Virus record (IMG/VR): IMGVR_UViG_3300044655_001360
From: a virus
Length of the DNA: 64,000 nt
Reading direction: 5' to 3' (one strand)
In this document: positions 8,812 to 20,000 of the stretch, in pieces
Layout of the letters: the number at the start of each line of letters is the position of its first letter
Position numbering within the stretch: position 1 is the stretch's first letter
Program-made: the position numbers and the translations under genes
Notes under the pieces: generated by a model
Told to the model about the DNA's origin: nothing
The model's database searches: none
The model's input: the letters and a program-made list of their open reading frames with translations, nothing else

Positions 8812-9110
8812 TGGCAACGTATTCAAACTTATCGCCTTGGTATGCAACTCCACAAAATAACTTATACCTAGATTTAATGGTTATGAGACCGGTTCCTGCA
8901 GAAGCAGACGACCATGTTTATTCTATTGAGCAGCAATATCGGCATCGACCAGACTTATTAGCATACGACTTGTATGGCACGCCAAAACTATGGTGGGTGT
9001 TTGTTCAGAGAAACATGAGTACAATAAAAGATCCAATTTACGATTTCGAAACTGGTGTTTCGATATATCTACCAAAGAAAAGCAATTTAATGAAATACTT
9101 AGGTTTATAA
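8811..9110 (+). CDS. gp53: Baseplate wedge protein, gp53-like (LysM-like)
   Basis: YRHRPDLLAYDLYG..LWWVF motif. Confidence 0.8.
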   Translation: MATYSNLSPWYATPQNNLYLDLMVMRPVPAEADDHVYSIEQQYRHRPDLLAYDLYGTPKLWWVFVQRNMSTIKDPIYDFETGVSIYLPKKSNLMKYLGL

Positions 9111-9111
9111 C

Positions 9112-11634
9112 ATGGCAGAAGCTATCACATTTCCGTTACAAGAACCTGGTTCTACTATAACAATGACCCAAATGATTAGGGTTGGTACTGGTACAACCCC
9201 AGTACCTGCTAATATCACGCAGGGTATTGCCAATAGAATTACTCCTGAATTTGAATCAACGAAAACTCAAGACCATAAGGCTACGTCAAAAGCATCTGAA
9301 TTACCTAATGTATTTCCAAATATACTTGAAAACTTTGCAACAATTAATCACTTGTTCACATTTGCTTGTTTAACTAAAGAACAGCACAATGACCCGGCAT
9401 CCTATCGCAATAACCCCGGAGATTTGGAAAAGATGCCAGATGGCAAAGGTTTGATCGTGTTTGCATCGGCTGGAAGATATGACGCTTCGAGGGTGCGTAC
9501 TTATCACGGAACTCCAGAGTATTTTGTGGATAACTTTATCATCAATAACGTAATATCTTCTGGACCGCAGAACGGTGTTTCACCAGCTGCTAATTTCACG
9601 TTTGATGTTTATGAACCGTATTCGTTGGGTATTTTATTAGAAAGTATGCAGAATGCTGCTGTGAAAGCAGGATATTCTAGCTACGGAGAAGCACCTTTTT
9701 TAATGAGGATCGATTTTCAGGGGTATGGTGATGATGGTACCGAATTGAGTCTTATAAAAAGTAAGTATTTTCCAATTCGATTGACTACAGTTAAGTTCAA
9801 GGCAAACGAATCTGGTAGTACATATAAAGTTACTGCAGTTCCTTATAATCATATTGGATTTAGTGGACTTTATAATACGTTGTACACGGATGTGAAGTTA
9901 GTTGCTGCAAAAGAATCATCTGTAGCGGAATTATTGAAAACAGGTGAAGGTAGTCTAGTAAATTATCTAAATGAGCTAGAGGCAAGTGCTGTTAAAAATG
10001 GGCAACGTAAGATAAAGAACATATTTGATATACAGTTCCCACCAAAATCGGCTGATCACACCTCGATGAAAGACCCAGAATCGCAACTAAAAAAAGGCGA
10101 TACTGCGAGTAAAGCCACGTTTAATCCATACCAATCATCACAATCTACTACAGTTGGTGGTAATACTGACGCGGCCAACGGTACTACGTTGATGAATGAT
10201 ATTGGGTTATCGACATTTGATTTCACTGAAGGTAGTGGTGGTATCGTACCAATGGCAAGAGCAGGGGTAGCATTTGATGAAAAGACTGCGATTATAGACA
10301 AGAAGAAAGTAAACTGGGATAAAACCACACGAGCGTTTCAATTTCCAGGTGGTATGTCAGTAACTGATGTAATATCACAAACTGTTCTTAGTTCGTCTTA
10401 TATACGAAATGCGATAGAAGAAGGCAAAAAGACCAATGGTATGGTGAAATACTTTATGATAGATGTTCAGGTAGAATTGCTTGAGTATGATATTGTAACA
10501 AATGACTTTGCTAAAAAGGTAACATTTAGGGTTGTGCCGTATTCAGTAGACCAAGCTATGTTTTCAAATCCAGCAGCCAATCTAACAGCAGAACAACACA
10601 TTAAACTGAATATTTGCAAAGGTTACGAATACATATATACCGGTAAGAATACTGACATTCTCAAATTTGATATTGAGGTTAATAATCTGTTTTTCAAACC
10701 GATGAACCCATCGACCGAGCAAATCACTGGTAAAGGAACAAAAGCAAATCCAGATCAAGGTGGTATCGTCGATACGCCGATGAAACAAACAAATCTTCAA
10801 GTTGGTGCTAAACCTGAAAATTTAACAGACCTACATGCACCGCTATTGAAAAACCCAGCAGCAGTTGATTCTGCTATACAAGCAGGTGGTTCTGGTATAG
10901 AAACAACTGAGATGCAAATTGCAAAAGCCTACCATGAAGCATTTATTGACTCTGGTACGGCTGACATGGTTAAGTTGAATCTGGAGATATTAGGAGATCC
11001 ATACTGGCTAAGTGATCACGGGATTGGAAACTATTACGTTGAAGAATCAACGGATTCGTCACTAAAAACTAAAGATGGTACTATGAACTATCAGGATGCG
11101 CAGGTATATGTTTATCTACGATTTAGATCACCGATTGATGTTAATACAACATACAACGGCGGTGACTCACGTGGTTTGTATCTTTTTGCTAGTGATGATG
11201 TTGCGATGAAAGAAAACGATTTTAGTGGAATCTATCGAGTAACCAGGTGTGAAAGTATATTCTCTGGTGGTGTTTTTAAACAAAAGTTGACCTGCTTGAG
11301 ACAACCAAAACTATCAGTCGATGCACCAAAAACTGGTAATGATACCACGAATAACGCAATGGTTAATTTGGGTGGAGATCAGCCATTACCATCTTCATTG
11401 AACGAACAAATGAATTTGGCTATTCCACCAGAAACCACGCCAACACCAACGGAACAAACTACTTCAACTGGGCAATCGTACAATATTATTGATCGATATA
11501 AACCAGAAGACAAGGCGAGAGTTACTAAAATGTTAAATTCACAACCAGGAAGTAACGATCCGTTGAGTATGGGAAGTGTTTTACCACAGCATACCACAAC
11601 GTCGTATAATGCGGATAACAGTACTAAAATTTAA
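9112..11634 (+). CDS. Baseplate hub-like protein (gp27-like)
   Basis: F.VYEPYS.G, L.ILGDPYW, FSG.YRV......F.GG.FKQ.L motifs; located before the gp5-like gene. Confidence 0.6.
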   Translation: MAEAITFPLQEPGSTITMTQMIRVGTGTTPVPANITQGIANRITPEFESTKTQDHKATSKASELPNVFPNILENFATINHLFTFACLTKEQHNDPASYRNNPGDLEKMPDGKGLIVFASAGRYDASRVRTYHGTPEYFVDNFIINNVISSGPQNGVSPAANFTFDVYEPYSLGILLESMQNAAVKAGYSSYGEAPFLMRIDFQGYGDDGTELSLIKSKYFPIRLTTVKFKANESGSTYKVTAVPYNHIGFSGLYNTLYTDVKLVAAKESSVAELLKTGEGSLVNYLNELEASAVKNGQRKIKNIFDIQFPPKSADHTSMKDPESQLKKGDTASKATFNPYQSSQSTTVGGNTDAANGTTLMNDIGLSTFDFTEGSGGIVPMARAGVAFDEKTAIIDKKKVNWDKTTRAFQFPGGMSVTDVISQTVLSSSYIRNAIEEGKKTNGMVKYFMIDVQVELLEYDIVTNDFAKKVTFRVVPYSVDQAMFSNPAANLTAEQHIKLNICKGYEYIYTGKNTDILKFDIEVNNLFFKPMNPSTEQITGKGTKANPDQGGIVDTPMKQTNLQVGAKPENLTDLHAPLLKNPAAVDSAIQAGGSGIETTEMQIAKAYHEAFIDSGTADMVKLNLEILGDPYWLSDHGIGNYYVEESTDSSLKTKDGTMNYQDAQVYVYLRFRSPIDVNTTYNGGDSRGLYLFASDDVAMKENDFSGIYRVTRCESIFSGGVFKQKLTCLRQPKLSVDAPKTGNDTTNNAMVNLGGDQPLPSSLNEQMNLAIPPETTPTPTEQTTSTGQSYNIIDRYKPEDKARVTKMLNSQPGSNDPLSMGSVLPQHTTTSYNADNSTKI

Positions 11635-11642
11635 GGACTACG

Positions 11643-13205
11643 ATGGCGAATATATCAAGACCAGCAGATAACACGCAAGGTGGAGCCAAGTTAGGTTCTG
11701 GTGTTTATGAAGCTAGGATTATCAATAACATAGACCCAACATACATGGGTTGTTTAGAAGTTACATTGCTTAAATCTCAGGGAAATGAGATTGGTAATGA
11801 AAAACAATCATATAACGTAAAGTACGCATCACCTTTCTTTGGGTACACAACGCATGAACATATGGGTCAAAATACGGCTGATAAATCAACTACATTGGAT
11901 TCATTCAACGATACCCAGAAAAGTTATGGGATGTGGTTTGTTCCACCAGATATCGGTGTTACTGTTCTCGTTATTTTTGTTGACGGTGATGCATCAAAAG
12001 GTTATTGGTTTGCATCAGTACCAGCGAGATTTGCTAATCACATGGTTCCTGGAATTGCTGGGTCATCTATGGTTGATATGGACAAAACCGATTCCGGTTC
12101 GTTTGATACTAAAAGTCCATTACCTGTTGGCGAAGTCAATAGACGAGCCAATACTAAAGAACGAATCGCTGACCCAGAAAACATAAAAAAGGCATTACAT
12201 CCAATGGCTGCCTGTTACTTGGAGCAAGGCTTAGTTGAAGATGATATCAGAGGCGTGACAGACAGTTCTAGCCGCAGAGAAGCCCCTAGTATGGTATTTG
12301 GTATCTCAACACCAGGACCACTTGATAGACGCAAAGGTGCTAAAAAAACAAAGATTGGATCTAACCAAAGTCAATCACCATCAGCAGTTCCAGTAAGTAG
12401 ATTGGGTGGTACACAGTTTATCATGGATGACGGTCATGATGGAAAGAGAAGAGAATCACATGCATCTACCGGTCCAATGAAATACGTTGACGTTGTTGCT
12501 AGCGGTGGCAAAGGTGATTCCAACATTCCATATAACGAGCACTTTAGAGTAAGAACAAGAACCGGCCATCAAATATTGATGCACAACTCGGAAGACTTGA
12601 TTTACATCGGCAATGCCAGAGGAACTGCTTGGATTGAACTTACCAGTAACGGTAAAATTGATATATATGCACAAGATTCTATATCAATTCATACAGAAAA
12701 TGATTTCAATATTAGAGCAGACCGCGATATCAACATGGAAGCTGGTAGAAATTTCAACTTGAGTGCCGGTGCTGATTCTGGTTTAGGTGGAATTCACATG
12801 GAAAGTGCTGGTAACACTAGTATTGTTATTGGTGCTAATGGGCAAATAACAACAGCAACTAATTTGGATATTGCCACTGGGTCGTCTAATAAATTTTCGG
12901 CTGGTTCATCTACGCATATCAAGAGCGGTGCTAGTATGGTAGCAACTGCTGATCAAATTCATATGAATGGCATTGCAGCAGCCGATGCAAACCCAGCAGT
13001 TCCATTAAAAGTTCATGACAACCCATTGACTAGTTCAAGTAATGCTTGGAAAACTGATAGGTATCAGGCAAAGAAACCATTTCAAAGTATACTAAAAAGA
13101 ATTCCAATGCACGAGCCTTGGTCGATGCACGAGAATTTAGATCCAACAAAGGTTGTTCCAGACAAAACAGATATAGCGAAGGAAGGGAAAAAACGTGGCG
13201 AGTAA
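11643..13205 (+). CDS. gp5: Baseplate central spike, gp5/VgrG-like (OB fold plus beta-helix)
   Basis: DP.YMG.LEV, SYGMWFVPPD.G..VLV.F..GD, RTRTGHQI.M, ~8-residue beta-helix repeats; no lysozyme domain seen. Confidence 0.8.
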   Translation: MANISRPADNTQGGAKLGSGVYEARIINNIDPTYMGCLEVTLLKSQGNEIGNEKQSYNVKYASPFFGYTTHEHMGQNTADKSTTLDSFNDTQKSYGMWFVPPDIGVTVLVIFVDGDASKGYWFASVPARFANHMVPGIAGSSMVDMDKTDSGSFDTKSPLPVGEVNRRANTKERIADPENIKKALHPMAACYLEQGLVEDDIRGVTDSSSRREAPSMVFGISTPGPLDRRKGAKKTKIGSNQSQSPSAVPVSRLGGTQFIMDDGHDGKRRESHASTGPMKYVDVVASGGKGDSNIPYNEHFRVRTRTGHQILMHNSEDLIYIGNARGTAWIELTSNGKIDIYAQDSISIHTENDFNIRADRDINMEAGRNFNLSAGADSGLGGIHMESAGNTSIVIGANGQITTATNLDIATGSSNKFSAGSSTHIKSGASMVATADQIHMNGIAAADANPAVPLKVHDNPLTSSSNAWKTDRYQAKKPFQSILKRIPMHEPWSMHENLDPTKVVPDKTDIAKEGKKRGE

Positions 13206-13635
13206 ACTATACAATCAAACAAAGGTTGCAACGAATACCGTATCAATGGGTGATGTAAACAATGGTGCGTTTGTTTATAAAGGTTTTTCGACCTTAAACG
13301 ACTCAAATAATACACAAGCGTATGATATCAACTTGGTTAAACGAGATTTGATTAATCACTTTTATATTCGTAAAGGTGAGAAGTTAGAAAATCCAGCATT
13401 TGGTACTATCATTTGGGATATGTTGTTTGAACCAATGACGACTCAAACTAAGAAACTAATCGCTGACGACGTACAAGCTATTGTTAATTATGATCCAAGA
13501 ATGCAAGTTAACAGCGTATCGGTTACAACCACTGACATGGGCATCCAGATTGCAGTTAATTTAACTTATCTGCCATTCAATGTCAACGAGCAGATGACTT
13601 TAAATTTTGATAAAAACAATGCAATCCTAGTCTAA
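13195..13635 (+). CDS. gp25: Baseplate wedge gp25-like protein
   Basis: RKGEK..NP.FG..IWD.LFEP...YDPR motif. Confidence 0.9.
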   Translation: MASKLYNQTKVATNTVSMGDVNNGAFVYKGFSTLNDSNNTQAYDINLVKRDLINHFYIRKGEKLENPAFGTIIWDMLFEPMTTQTKKLIADDVQAIVNYDPRMQVNSVSVTTTDMGIQIAVNLTYLPFNVNEQMTLNFDKNNAILV

Positions 13636-13680
13636 AATCTAGCTAAAAAACTGGCTAAATAGTTGAATCAAGGAGTAACA

Positions 13681-16600
13681 ATGACCACGACTACACGCCA
13701 AAACGATCTAATATTAAACGAGGATTGGACTAGAATATACCAAACCTTTAAGAATGCTGATTTCAAATCTTATGATTTTGAAAATCTACGCAGGGTAATC
13801 ATTACCTATATACGAGAAAACTACCCTGAAGATTTCAATGATTACATCGAATCATCGGAATATATGGCATTAATTGATGCCATGGCGTTTCTCGGCCAGT
13901 CATTATCTTTTAGAATCGATTTAGCTAGTCGTGAAAACTTCTTAGAACTAGCAGAAAGAAAAGCAAGTGTACTCAGAATTGCACAGATGCTGAGTTACAA
14001 ACCAAAAAGAAACATAGCAGCTAGTGGGTTGTTGAAATTCACATCTATTACCACGTCTGAAGAAATATTAGATAGTAATGGTAAAAATCTAGCACAGCAG
14101 TACATCACTTGGAATGACCCAACCAATTCTAATTGGTATGAGCAATTCATCTTAGTGTTAAATTCAGCAATGACTCCTAATACTGAATTTGGTCGTAGTC
14201 AAGGAACAGCAACCATTGGTGGTGTAACAACAGACCAATATCGTTTTAATACTGTTACGACGGACGTACCAATCTATTCTTATACAAAATCAGTTGCTGG
14301 TCGTACCATGGCATTTGAGATTGTCAGTACATCATTCAAAAATAGTGAAACTATCTACGAAGAACCACCATTGGCTGGTAATCAGATGGGTTTTGTGTAT
14401 CGTAATGATGGAAGTGGACCAAGTAGCACCGATTCTGGTTTCTTTATGTTATTCAAGCAAGGGAGTTTAGAACTTGCTGATTTTGCAATTGATGTACCAA
14501 CAACCAATGAAAAGGTAGCCGTTGATACAGCCAATATCAATAATGATGATATCTGGCTATTCGGGTTGAGTTCAGCCGGAGCCCAATCAAATCAATGGGC
14601 TCAAGTAGACAATCTAGTTGGTAGTAATATTGCATACAACAGTATTTCACGTAGCATTCGTAACATTTTCAGTGTAACAACCAAAGAAAACGACGCAGTT
14701 GATTTAATATTTGCTGATGGCGTTTATGGTAATTTACCACAGGGTAAGTTTAGACTATTCTATAGAGTAAGTAATGGTCTTACATATACAGTATCACCAA
14801 CTGAAATGACTGGTATTAACATTGCAGTTCCGTATATAAACAAAGATGGTGCTGCGCATACAGCAACGATTGGATTGGCATTACAATCTACGGCTTCTAA
14901 TGCAACTGCGACTGAAAGTGTGGATAGTATTCGTACAAATGCACCTGCTACATATTATACACAAAACCGTATGATAACAGGTGAAGATTACAACTTAGCT
15001 CCACTTTCTAGTTCACAAGACATTTTAAAAATAAAAGCAGTTAATAGAACATCTAGTGGTATTTCAAGAAACTTTGAAATAATTGATGTTAGTGGTAAGT
15101 ACAGTTCGATTAACGTATTTGCTGATGATGGTTTTATCTACAAAGAAGCAACCGAAAGAGCATTGTCTTTTAAGTTCAGTAATAAACTAGACATCATTAA
15201 CTTCATTAGAAAGTCAGTTGAACCTGCATTGGCTGGTACTGACGTTTATAACTTTTATCTTACTAAGTTTACAAAGAAATCATTCGATACGGTTTCACCG
15301 ACAACCTGGGTATTGAAAACATCAGATGTCAATTTGTCAACTGGTTATTTGCAAAGTACCGATGGTACTCCAGAAATTAAAAGAGTAGGATTATCGTATG
15401 GTACTGGTAACTATACGTATATTTCGTATGGTGCGATGGTTAAGTTCACACCACCAGCAACTTTTGCGTTTAAAAATGGACAACTGGTTACGGCAAACGC
15501 AAGTGATCCATTACAAACAGATAGAATCTGGGCAAAAGTAATCAGAGTCGTTGGTGATGGATCGAATGGTGGAGTTGGTGTATTAGCAAACGGTATGGGA
15601 GCCATTTCATTTAATGACGTAATACCAGATGGTTCTATATTAACACAGGTTGTTCCAAAATTTGTTAATGATTTACCTGCTGCGTTAGAAACTGAAATGG
15701 TTAATCTGGCATTTCAAAATTTAAACTTTGGGTTGCGTTACTCGGTGGATGATGCTTCATGGCATATAGTTTCCGCATCAAATATAGACTTAACTACTAA
15801 CTTTAGCTTAACAAATGCTGGTAATACATCGGATACTAACGTAGACGCATCTTGGATAATTGCCTTTGTAAAAGAGGCTGATCAATATTCAGTAAGAATA
15901 CGAGGATTGGATTATGTATTTGGTAGTGTTGCGCAGAATAGATTCTATTTTGATTCACACGAAAAACGATATAATGACCAAGTAGGTAAAGTTGTAAAAG
16001 ATAGTATTAAGATACTCGGTATTAATACTGCAAGTGATCTATCTAATCAATTGAAGTCAGACATTCCATTTGAAATCAATGATGTTGTTCAGTATGATGA
16101 TGGTTACGAAAGTAATGTCGAAGTTAAGTTAGCATTTAGTGATAGTGATAGCGATGGAGTTATCGATAATCCAGATGCATTCGAAATTATTGTCGGACCG
16201 GATGTTACTCGTAATTATCTATTCTTCAAAGAAGTCAAAGACGGTGCTGGTAGTATTGTATTTGAGTTAGTTGATACTACGGTAGAACCAGTAATTGTAA
16301 TGGAAACTGAAAAAACAATTGATTTGTCATTGTATACTGATGGACAACTCATTTACTTCTACACAGAAGCCGAAGATTATATAAAACGAGTTAATCAAAC
16401 TACCAAATCATTAGTAATGGAAAGCACGTACAAAGCTAACATAGGTAGATCGGGTTTGAAATTTCAATACTTACACAACGCAAGTTCAAGTAGAAGAATT
16501 GATCCAAGTGCAAGTAACATTATGGACATTTCTATTATGACTCGTTCTTATGATGATGCATTTAGAACCTATTTGGCTGGCGGTTCAACTATAGAACCAA

Positions 16601-17094
16601 CACCACCTAGTAGTGATATGCTTAGAATCAACTTTGGTTCTAAACTGAATGCAATTAAATCCATTAGCGATGAGATCATTTACCACCCGGTTAAGTATAA
16701 AATCTTATTTGGTGCAACTGCTGATCCTAAATTACAAGGACAGTTCAAAGTAGTTAAGAACCCAAACAAAACAATCAATGACAACGACCTTAAAGTTCGT
16801 ATTATCACCGCGATTAATACATTCTTTAATATTGCGTATTGGGATTTTGGTGATCGCTTCTTCTTAACTGAGCTAACTACTTATGTATTGAACACAGTAT
16901 CACCTGATATTAGCAATTTTGTTCTTGTACCAAGACAAACAGACCAAGTATTCGGTAGTTTATTTGAGATTCAAAGTAAACATGATGAAATCTTAATCAG
17001 CGGTGCAACCGTTGATAATATTGACATCGTAACATCAATCTCAGCAACCGAAGTTAGAGCAGAATCGACTGCAATCACCACAACAACGAACTAG
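13681..17094 (+). CDS. gp6: Baseplate wedge gp6-like protein
   Basis: DF..LR....Y.....DF.D, ENFL..A....SV..IA..L.Y.P, FADG.YG..P.G, ES..SIR.NAP..Y.TQNR..T..DY; ATG at 13681 after AGGAG. Confidence 0.88.
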   Translation: MTTTTRQNDLILNEDWTRIYQTFKNADFKSYDFENLRRVIITYIRENYPEDFNDYIESSEYMALIDAMAFLGQSLSFRIDLASRENFLELAERKASVLRIAQMLSYKPKRNIAASGLLKFTSITTSEEILDSNGKNLAQQYITWNDPTNSNWYEQFILVLNSAMTPNTEFGRSQGTATIGGVTTDQYRFNTVTTDVPIYSYTKSVAGRTMAFEIVSTSFKNSETIYEEPPLAGNQMGFVYRNDGSGPSSTDSGFFMLFKQGSLELADFAIDVPTTNEKVAVDTANINNDDIWLFGLSSAGAQSNQWAQVDNLVGSNIAYNSISRSIRNIFSVTTKENDAVDLIFADGVYGNLPQGKFRLFYRVSNGLTYTVSPTEMTGINIAVPYINKDGAAHTATIGLALQSTASNATATESVDSIRTNAPATYYTQNRMITGEDYNLAPLSSSQDILKIKAVNRTSSGISRNFEIIDVSGKYSSINVFADDGFIYKEATERALSFKFSNKLDIINFIRKSVEPALAGTDVYNFYLTKFTKKSFDTVSPTTWVLKTSDVNLSTGYLQSTDGTPEIKRVGLSYGTGNYTYISYGAMVKFTPPATFAFKNGQLVTANASDPLQTDRIWAKVIRVVGDGSNGGVGVLANGMGAISFNDVIPDGSILTQVVPKFVNDLPAALETEMVNLAFQNLNFGLRYSVDDASWHIVSASNIDLTTNFSLTNAGNTSDTNVDASWIIAFVKEADQYSVRIRGLDYVFGSVAQNRFYFDSHEKRYNDQVGKVVKDSIKILGINTASDLSNQLKSDIPFEINDVVQYDDGYESNVEVKLAFSDSDSDGVIDNPDAFEIIVGPDVTRNYLFFKEVKDGAGSIVFELVDTTVEPVIVMETEKTIDLSLYTDGQLIYFYTEAEDYIKRVNQTTKSLVMESTYKANIGRSGLKFQYLHNASSSRRIDPSASNIMDISIMTRSYDDAFRTYLAGGSTIEPTPPSSDMLRINFGSKLNAIKSISDEIIYHPVKYKILFGATADPKLQGQFKVVKNPNKTINDNDLKVRIITAINTFFNIAYWDFGDRFFLTELTTYVLNTVSPDISNFVLVPRQTDQVFGSLFEIQSKHDEILISGATVDNIDIVTSISATEVRAESTAITTTTN

Positions 17095-17098
17095 AACT

Positions 17099-20000
17099 AT
17101 GACAGATCAATTATACCCAAAAAGCCAACTGCCAATTAGAAAAACTGAAGAGTTATTGCCAGGGGTTTTCCAAACAGATGCAAATAAGAAATTCATGTCA
17201 GCCGTGGTTGACCCATTGGTACAGCCTGGTCTATTAGAAAAGACCGTTGGTTATGTTGGTCGTCGATATGGAAAAACCTTTGTTGGCTCTGACATTTACT
17301 TAGATTCTGACAACTCATTGCGTAGTAGATATCAATTAGAGCCAGGTGTTGTTTTCAATAACAATGGAACTATTGATAACTTCTATGATTACATTGATTT
17401 CAAGAATCAATTGAAGTTCTTTGGTAATACCGTTGAACGTGATGATTTAATTACTTCACAGGAACATTATTCTTGGAACCCACCAATTGTTTGGGATAAA
17501 TTCATTAACTATAGAGAGTACTATTGGGAACCAAATGGCCCATTGTCAGTTCCAGTTAACGGTGAGTTGAATACTTTCGTTGTTAGTGAATATGATGTAT
17601 CTATCGATAGTAATTCGTTTGTGTTTAATCCAAAGTCGGAAATACCATTAAACAATCCAACGATCAACTTGTATCGTGGTCAAACTTACAAATTTAATGT
17701 AAATGCACCAAAAGAAGGTTTTATTATACGGAATAAGTATGATACTGGTTCATTGATGTATAACTACATGTATTCTTATATCAATGGACAGTTGGCTGTT
17801 TATGACAATCAGTTATTGAGAGCAAAACATACTATACCATCACATTCAGTTCCAACTTTACCAGATACCGTTCTTGATTGGGAAGTAGTTCAGTTCATTT
17901 ACCAAGCGGAGATTTCTTATTACAATCCATCAACGGAATATACCGTTGGTGAATTCGTTGTATTTGATGATTTCTTATGGCAAGCTACTGTAAACATTCC
18001 AGTTAATACAACTACGACTGTTACTACCGACAAATGGCGTAACTTTGGTGTTGTTGTTAACACACCAACATTAGATTACACTAAAGGAATTACTAATAAC
18101 GGAACTTCATCTGGTACAATTACTTTTGTTGTTCCATTTGATGCACCAGATGAACTATATTACCAAAGCCCAATCGACCCAAATAAGTTTGGTCGATTCA
18201 TAATTGATGACATCACTACTAATACGAAAACAATTGAAGTTGATAAAACCATAATTGGGATGAAAAACTACACAAGTGGTGATGGGATTGTGCTTACCAA
18301 CGGTATGGTAATTCAATTCTATGGATCAGTATCTCCCGCCAAATATGCATCAGATACTTGGTTGGTTAATGGGGTTGGTAGTGCAATAACATTGATTAGA
18401 TTTTCAGATTTAACAACTCCGACTATTTCAAAAGATGTACCTACTGTTATGTTTGATAACAGTGGTTTTGATACTGAACCATTTGATAACGCTGCATCAT
18501 ATCCGGGTTCACAAGATTATATTACTATTTCACATGCTAGTGTAGATTCAAACCCATGGAGTAGATACAATCGTTGGTTCCACCGATCAGTTTTAGAATA
18601 TTCGTGCAAACTTCGTGGCGTAGAATACTCTGCACCTGAAGAAATGCGTGCAAAACGACCAATCATCGAGTTCACAGCCAATCTTCAATTGTTTAACCAT
18701 GGTACACATGCTAAACAAGCAGTTGACGCGGTTGATAATATTACTACCGACGTATTTTCAACAATCGAAGGTGCTCGTTCATACAATATTGATGGATTTG
18801 AATTATCATCAGGTGTTAGAATACTAATTACGGCAGATAAAGACGGATTAGCTAATAACAAAATCTACAAAGTAACTTTTGTTGCCGACCAGCAAACAAA
18901 TGCACCTGTGATACATTTAGTTGCAGTTGATGATACTAATCCAATTATTGGGGAATGTGTACTAGTTAAATCTGGTAAGGAATTTGGTGGGTCCATGTAC
19001 CATTTTGATGGTACTTCTTGGAAACTAAGCCAAGCCAAAACCAGTCTGAATCAAGCACCACTGTTCGATATTTTTGATGAAAATGAAGTAAGTTTGGCAA
19101 ATACTGAAACTTACCCAGCAAGTAACTTTACTGGATCTAAGATTTTAAGTTATAAAGTTGGTAATGGTAGAACCGATTCTCATTTGGGATTCAGTTTAAG
19201 TTACTTGAACATCAATAACATCGGTGATATTCAATTTAACTGGAATTTTGGCACAGATACCTACATTTTCGTCGAAAATAACAACAAAATCACGAGAAAA
19301 GTAGCAACTGGATATTACAGAACTAACTTCATTGGTTCTGAATACGCTAATGGCTGGATTGCAACTGATAATAAGTACATTCAACCTGTTATTGACAGCT
19401 TTGTTGTAAAAGAAGCAACTAACGAAATCAATTTCACACCTATTAACTTCTATGAATCTATTCAAGATGCGTGGACAGTTAAGTTTTACTTGAATGGTGA
19501 GCCATTAACTGCGAGCTATACTCGTGATCAAAACCTGTTTACATTCAGTCAAACATTTACAATTGGTGATGTGGTATCAATTAAGGTAATTTCAGCAAAT
19601 GACCCAGATACTGGTTACTATGAAATACCAGTTGGGTTGGAAAAGAATCCGTTGAATACTGAATTAGATACATTCACCCTAGGTCAAGCAGATGATCATG
19701 TTAAATCAGCAGTTGATTTTCATGACAGATTTACAGGTACTATTCCAGGAATATCGAATTTAAGAGATATTGACAACTATCAACAGTTTGCTACCAGATT
19801 CTTAAAACATTCTGGTATAACTCCACTTGCTATTAGTACATTATGTGATAAAGACCAGAATATTATCAAAGCATTACGATATGCTAAGAAAATGTACATT
19901 GAATTTAAGAATAACTTCTTAGATAGAGCAGTTATGATGCCATTATTACCAGCAGCAGACACTGTTGATGATATTATTGCATCTTTGACGAAAACAAAAA